Source: an uncultured Acidobacteriota bacterium (GTDB taxonomy: Bacteria; Acidobacteriota; JAQAZP01). Taken from it: 64,000 nucleotides of DNA. The DNA lies in contig CAWIIB010000009.1 of the NCBI GenBank assembly GCA_963836075.1, positions 3,360,001-3,424,000 of the forward strand, read 5' to 3'. Under the pieces are notes generated by a model. That model saw nothing but the letters and a program-made list of their open reading frames with translations, did no database searches and was not told the DNA's origin. How positions within the stretch are numbered: the first letter of the stretch is position 1; each line of letters opens with the position of its first letter. The translations under genes and the position numbers were made by a program. Positions 60,208 to 64,000 of this stretch are shown here, in pieces.

Positions 60208-62760
60208 CTACGGCAAGTATGAAAGATGCTGATACGGGTTCCCCAGGGCGATCCGTGCCCCGGCCAGATAGCCGCCCTCTTCGAAGACCAGGAAACTCTT
60301 GCCCGTCACGAGTGCCAGTTCATTGCCGTCATAGTTCCAGGTCTTGACGTATGCCGGGTTGTCGGGATGGGGACCGGGAGCGGTGAGGATCTCGGCCACC
60401 CGGTCGTTGTCGACATCGCCGCAGGCCACGATACAGCCCTTGGAGTGAGGAAAACTGGAGTAGGCGATGAAATTCACCCCGGGGATCGGTTCCAGCACCT
60501 CGCCATCATAGTTCCACCCCCTGACGTGGGAGCTGAACTGAGTGCTGGGCCCCGGCCCGGTGACGATTTCCGCGATCCCGTCGCCGTCGATATCCCCACT
60601 GGCCACGTTGACTCCCCAGCGGAGGGTGCCATAGGCGAAGTAGCTCACCGCCGGGATCGGCACCGCAGAACCCCCGTCCACGTCCCAGCCCCGGACATGC
60701 GGTCCGAAAACGTCTCCGGGCCCGGCCCCGGTGATGATCTCATCGCTGTTGTCACCGTCGATATCGCCACAGACCACATTGACCCCCCAGCGGTTGGTGC
60801 CGTAGGCGAGGAAACTGACCCCGGGGAGCGGTGCGACAGAATCATCTCCATCCCATTGCCACCCCCGCACATGGGGCCCGTACACCGCACCCGGCCCGGC
60901 GCCGGTAACGATCTCATCAACACCATCACCATCAAGGTCGCCGCAGGCAACATTCACGCCGTATCGGGGTGTGGCATAGGCCTGGAACGAGGCAAGCCTT
61001 TTCCCCACTTCATCGAGCAGCAGGACACGGGCGGGATGATACGGCCCCGGCCCCGGGCCGGTCACGATCTCGTCATACCCATCGCCGTCAAGGTCACCCC
61101 CGGCGGTAACGAGGCCATAACCATCAACTAGGTACGGCAAGAACCTACCCGTCCATCCGTCATGATCAAACGGGTCATATAATCTCAGTTCCGGAGGATT
61201 GGTTGCATAGAGGCCAGGTGAGGCAAGAATCCTCGGCGGATTGAACAAAGCGCCGTCGGAGAGAATCACGTAGATTTCGCCGGCGCTGATTGCCCAGGCA
61301 TCGTCCTCCCGATCTGCATTTGGCGCACTGACTATCAGGTCGATCAACCCGTCTTCATTGACGTCCGTCATCTCGCTCAGTAAATGCATGCTGTCTGAAG
61401 GAAAAGAGCCGAGTGCCTTCATACTGGGGCTATTCGCGGACAAATCAACGGCCATATGGGAAGCGTAGTCGGGTGAGCCAGGAATTACGTATGCCACACC
61501 CTCATCTTGAAATCGCTCTCGGCATCTATAGCCGGCAATTACGAGTTCCTCGCACCCGTCACCATCCATGTCGCCTGCTTCCATATAAGTGCCAAGGTAC
61601 GCTTCCTCGACTTCGCCGATGATCTCCAGGTCCGCCTCCTCCGTTTCAAGGTCTAGGTAGAAATTAGCTGGAAAATCAGCACGGCCGAAAACCACGTATA
61701 CAACCCCTCGGTTTTCCGGCGTGGTTTCCCGCCAAGGCGAATTGAAACAAATATCATCGGTTCCGTCACCGTTCAGGTCGCAGACGGCAACCTCGTATCC
61801 GGTTCGAGAATAGTAGTGCGGACCCTTGATTTCGATGTCCGCCTGATCAATCGCCAAGTCAATCACGTGCTCATTGGGGAAACTGTCTGAGCCATATACG
61901 ACGTAGACGCGGCCGCAATCCTCCTCACCCACGGCGAATCCCGCCCCTGTGACGATGTCGTCGATGCCATCCCCGTTCACGTCCCCGGCCGTGACTCTGA
62001 GGCCCAATTGATCGGCGTATTCCACCCCGAAAATGGTGATGTCCGCGGGGGTCTGGAATATGTCGATGACAACGGGTGGATCGAAGGACTCTCTCCCGAA
62101 CACCACGTGGACAGCTCCGGTGGGTGTTCCGGAATGATTCCGGCCGAGGTATTCACCGATGAGAACGTCCGAAATGCCGTCGTTGTTTATGTCACCAGAA
62201 GAGATATCTTGTCCGAAATAGAAGCTGGAGGGGCCGCCGTCCTCATGCTTTATCAGAACATCCGGTGGATCGTCAGGTAATTGCAGGGTAGTCCCTTTTA
62301 CCCACTTTTCTGAACCAAAATAGCAGAACACGCAGTCATTACTGTCAAAGGAACTGAAAAAATCTTGCGTGTTGTCGCCGTTGAAATCGACGGTTAGTAA
62401 GGTGTGCCCCGGATAGATGGCGGAGTTCCCTGTTGATCCACCCAGAATAGTAACTTCTGGAATATCTGATAATAAGTCAATGAGAGTATTGAAAAGTGAT
62501 AGATCGGGATCGAGGAATATCGATATTTTACCGGTTCCTCCTGGGGAGCAAACGATGAAATCCCCTGTACCGCTTTGATCTAAGTCAAACCTTGAGAGGT
62601 AATTTATATAGTCATGCCGGCCCTCGCCTAATATTCGAAGGTCACCATTGATTTCACCCATGTCGTAAATGGTCTGTCCACAAAGATTAGCTGGGTGGAG
62701 AATTAGAAGGGGAAAAAGGAGGAGATGAAGAATACACAACAGCTTAGTTATGAGGCGCAT
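60208..62760 (-). CDS. Secreted FG-GAP/integrin-alpha-like repeat protein with C-terminal GPGPG repeat propeller
   Basis: GD.NGDG.DD repeats; C-terminal repeats GVNVACGD.DGDG..EI.TG.GPG..FGPHVRGW. Confidence 0.8.
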   Translation of the reverse strand: MRLITKLLCILHLLLFPLLILHPANLCGQTIYDMGEINGDLRILGEGRHDYINYLSRFDLDQSGTGDFIVCSPGGTGKISIFLDPDLSLFNTLIDLLSDIPEVTILGGSTGNSAIYPGHTLLTVDFNGDNTQDFFSSFDSNDCVFCYFGSEKWVKGTTLQLPDDPPDVLIKHEDGGPSSFYFGQDISSGDINNDGISDVLIGEYLGRNHSGTPTGAVHVVFGRESFDPPVVIDIFQTPADITIFGVEYADQLGLRVTAGDVNGDGIDDIVTGAGFAVGEEDCGRVYVVYGSDSFPNEHVIDLAIDQADIEIKGPHYYSRTGYEVAVCDLNGDGTDDICFNSPWRETTPENRGVVYVVFGRADFPANFYLDLETEEADLEIIGEVEEAYLGTYMEAGDMDGDGCEELVIAGYRCRERFQDEGVAYVIPGSPDYASHMAVDLSANSPSMKALGSFPSDSMHLLSEMTDVNEDGLIDLIVSAPNADREDDAWAISAGEIYVILSDGALFNPPRILASPGLYATNPPELRLYDPFDHDGWTGRFLPYLVDGYGLVTAGGDLDGDGYDEIVTGPGPGPYHPARVLLLDEVGKRLASFQAYATPRYGVNVACGDLDGDGVDEIVTGAGPGAVYGPHVRGWQWDGDDSVAPLPGVSFLAYGTNRWGVNVVCGDIDGDNSDEIITGAGPGDVFGPHVRGWDVDGGSAVPIPAVSYFAYGTLRWGVNVASGDIDGDGIAEIVTGPGPSTQFSSHVRGWNYDGEVLEPIPGVNFIAYSSFPHSKGCIVACGDVDNDRVAEILTAPGPHPDNPAYVKTWNYDGNELALVTGKSFLVFEEGGYLAGARIALGNPYQHLSYLP

Positions 62761-62838
62761 CGTATGCAACCGTTGATATTCCTGCCAGTCAGCCATTTGC
62801 AGCATCTTCATCTCCCCAACGTTTAGTTCATTTCCGAG

Positions 62839-64000
62839 CTACTCAACCGGCCTAATCATTACCGCATCGGAGATGAGTAGAGAGGATGGGTTGTAAAGCT
62901 CTGTCTGATCATGAGCAGAGCTAAGCTTAATCACGATGCTTTTCAAAGCCGGCTCCTGCAGCATAACTTCAATGGTTCCGATTGAAACAAAACCTTCATC
63001 ATCCGCTGCAGAGGAGTAGGTCGCTGAATCTGTTTGATCGATTACCGTGGTGATTAGCGGTTCGCCGAGATCCGCTTCGCCTGCCGGGCCCTCGAGATAG
63101 TCAGTGACAAAGACATCGTATCGAGCCGCGGCTGTGGCTTGCCTGGATGGAGGAAAGTGGGCCAACACTTCAAGCACCTCACTCTCTCCAGTGCTGAATG
63201 TATAATAGACACACGCCTCAGGATCTGAGATGGCTACCGCGTCCACGGTACCATTATATCCCGCGCTTTCGTAGGTCTGCCATCCGCTGCCGTAGCGCTC
63301 GTAGTGATCGCCGAGATACACCGAATCTGCTGTGCTTTCGCGGCTGGAAGAACTTTGTTCACCACCATCAATGTCGCCGTTGTCCACCTTGCGGTCGATC
63401 CAGAGTTTGAACACCATCAGGGCTTTGTTTGGCACGGTCAGGTAATCCTGGATACCGCTTTTTGGCCAATCACCGCCGATCCTCAATGCCCCTCCAAATA
63501 CTAGCAGTCGCTTGATGGAGTAATGCATGGAGTCGGAGCCCTCAGAAAACGACCAATCCTGAATGTATGGCCAATTGCATACCGATGGTTTCGGCGGGCA
63601 ATGAACCAGTTGTATCCCCTTGATGTTGCCGCTGCCCAACATGCGGAACTCTTTGGTGTTGTAGATGTTGAGGAACAAGCTCTTCTCCTTGTCTTCAAAC
63701 TCCAGTGGGCATTGGCCTGGAAAGTCGGAGCAGGAGAAATCCAATTCGCAGATTTCGAGTTCGTCTGTACTCCTCCAGTTCCTCGATCTCACCTATTGAC
63801 TTCGCTGCCGGAGTCCCAGTGGCCCCGATTTTCGCTAGATCGACGGTCGTCACCGTCAGGTCATCGTTGTTCAAAACCGTGAAACATACGGAGTCTCCCG
63901 GGCTGTTGCTGTCGCCGGTATCCCCGAAACGCTCCACACGAATTCCTGTTTCTGGTGTTACTCCTTCATAAAGGACCTCTATGTTGGTAATCGGCCGCCA
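62839..64000 (-). CDS. 5'-truncated extracellular protein, probable +1 frameshift at ~63770, C-terminal beta-sandwich (golvesin C-terminal-like)
   Basis: The frame of ORF 63695..63937 is open to the window edge and joins 62839..63792. The C-terminus has GSGW...GYNG...ARYDV...DAV. Confidence 0.5.

Overview
High-GC bacterial window with no rRNA, tRNA, CRISPR array or transposase that I can recognise. The main feature is a co-directional locus at 1-9616, truncated at the left edge, that reads as a bacterial ubiquitin-like conjugation system with two modules. Module 1 has an FHA-like+RING protein, ThiF/E1, a eukaryote-like E2 (HPN...C...LNxEAA), an unknown protein, a Ubl ending in Gly and a JAB peptidase. 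An ARC/Mpa-type proteasomal AAA+ ATPase homologue follows. Module 2 is PRTRC-like, with a Ubl (GEKG), E2, JAB and E1. The rest is mostly housekeeping or metabolic: DDAH, uup, ettA, cyclophilin, tricorn protease, ECF sigma/anti-sigma, ugd, 2-oxoacid:ferredoxin oxidoreductase, a Mo-oxidoreductase, a Phe/Tyr catabolic operon, CDF, GGDEF, GH13, class D beta-lactamase-like, serpin, rho, ychF and mltD. Three unrelated secreted proteins share an apparently unnamed C-terminal domain of about 110-120 aa, a candidate sorting signal. A structured 43-bp REP-like repeat with compensatory base changes occurs in several copies. At least seven genes carry apparent single-base frameshifts, most likely sequencing or assembly errors, so gene boundaries need caution. 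All family assignments come from motif recognition by eye; no database search was run.
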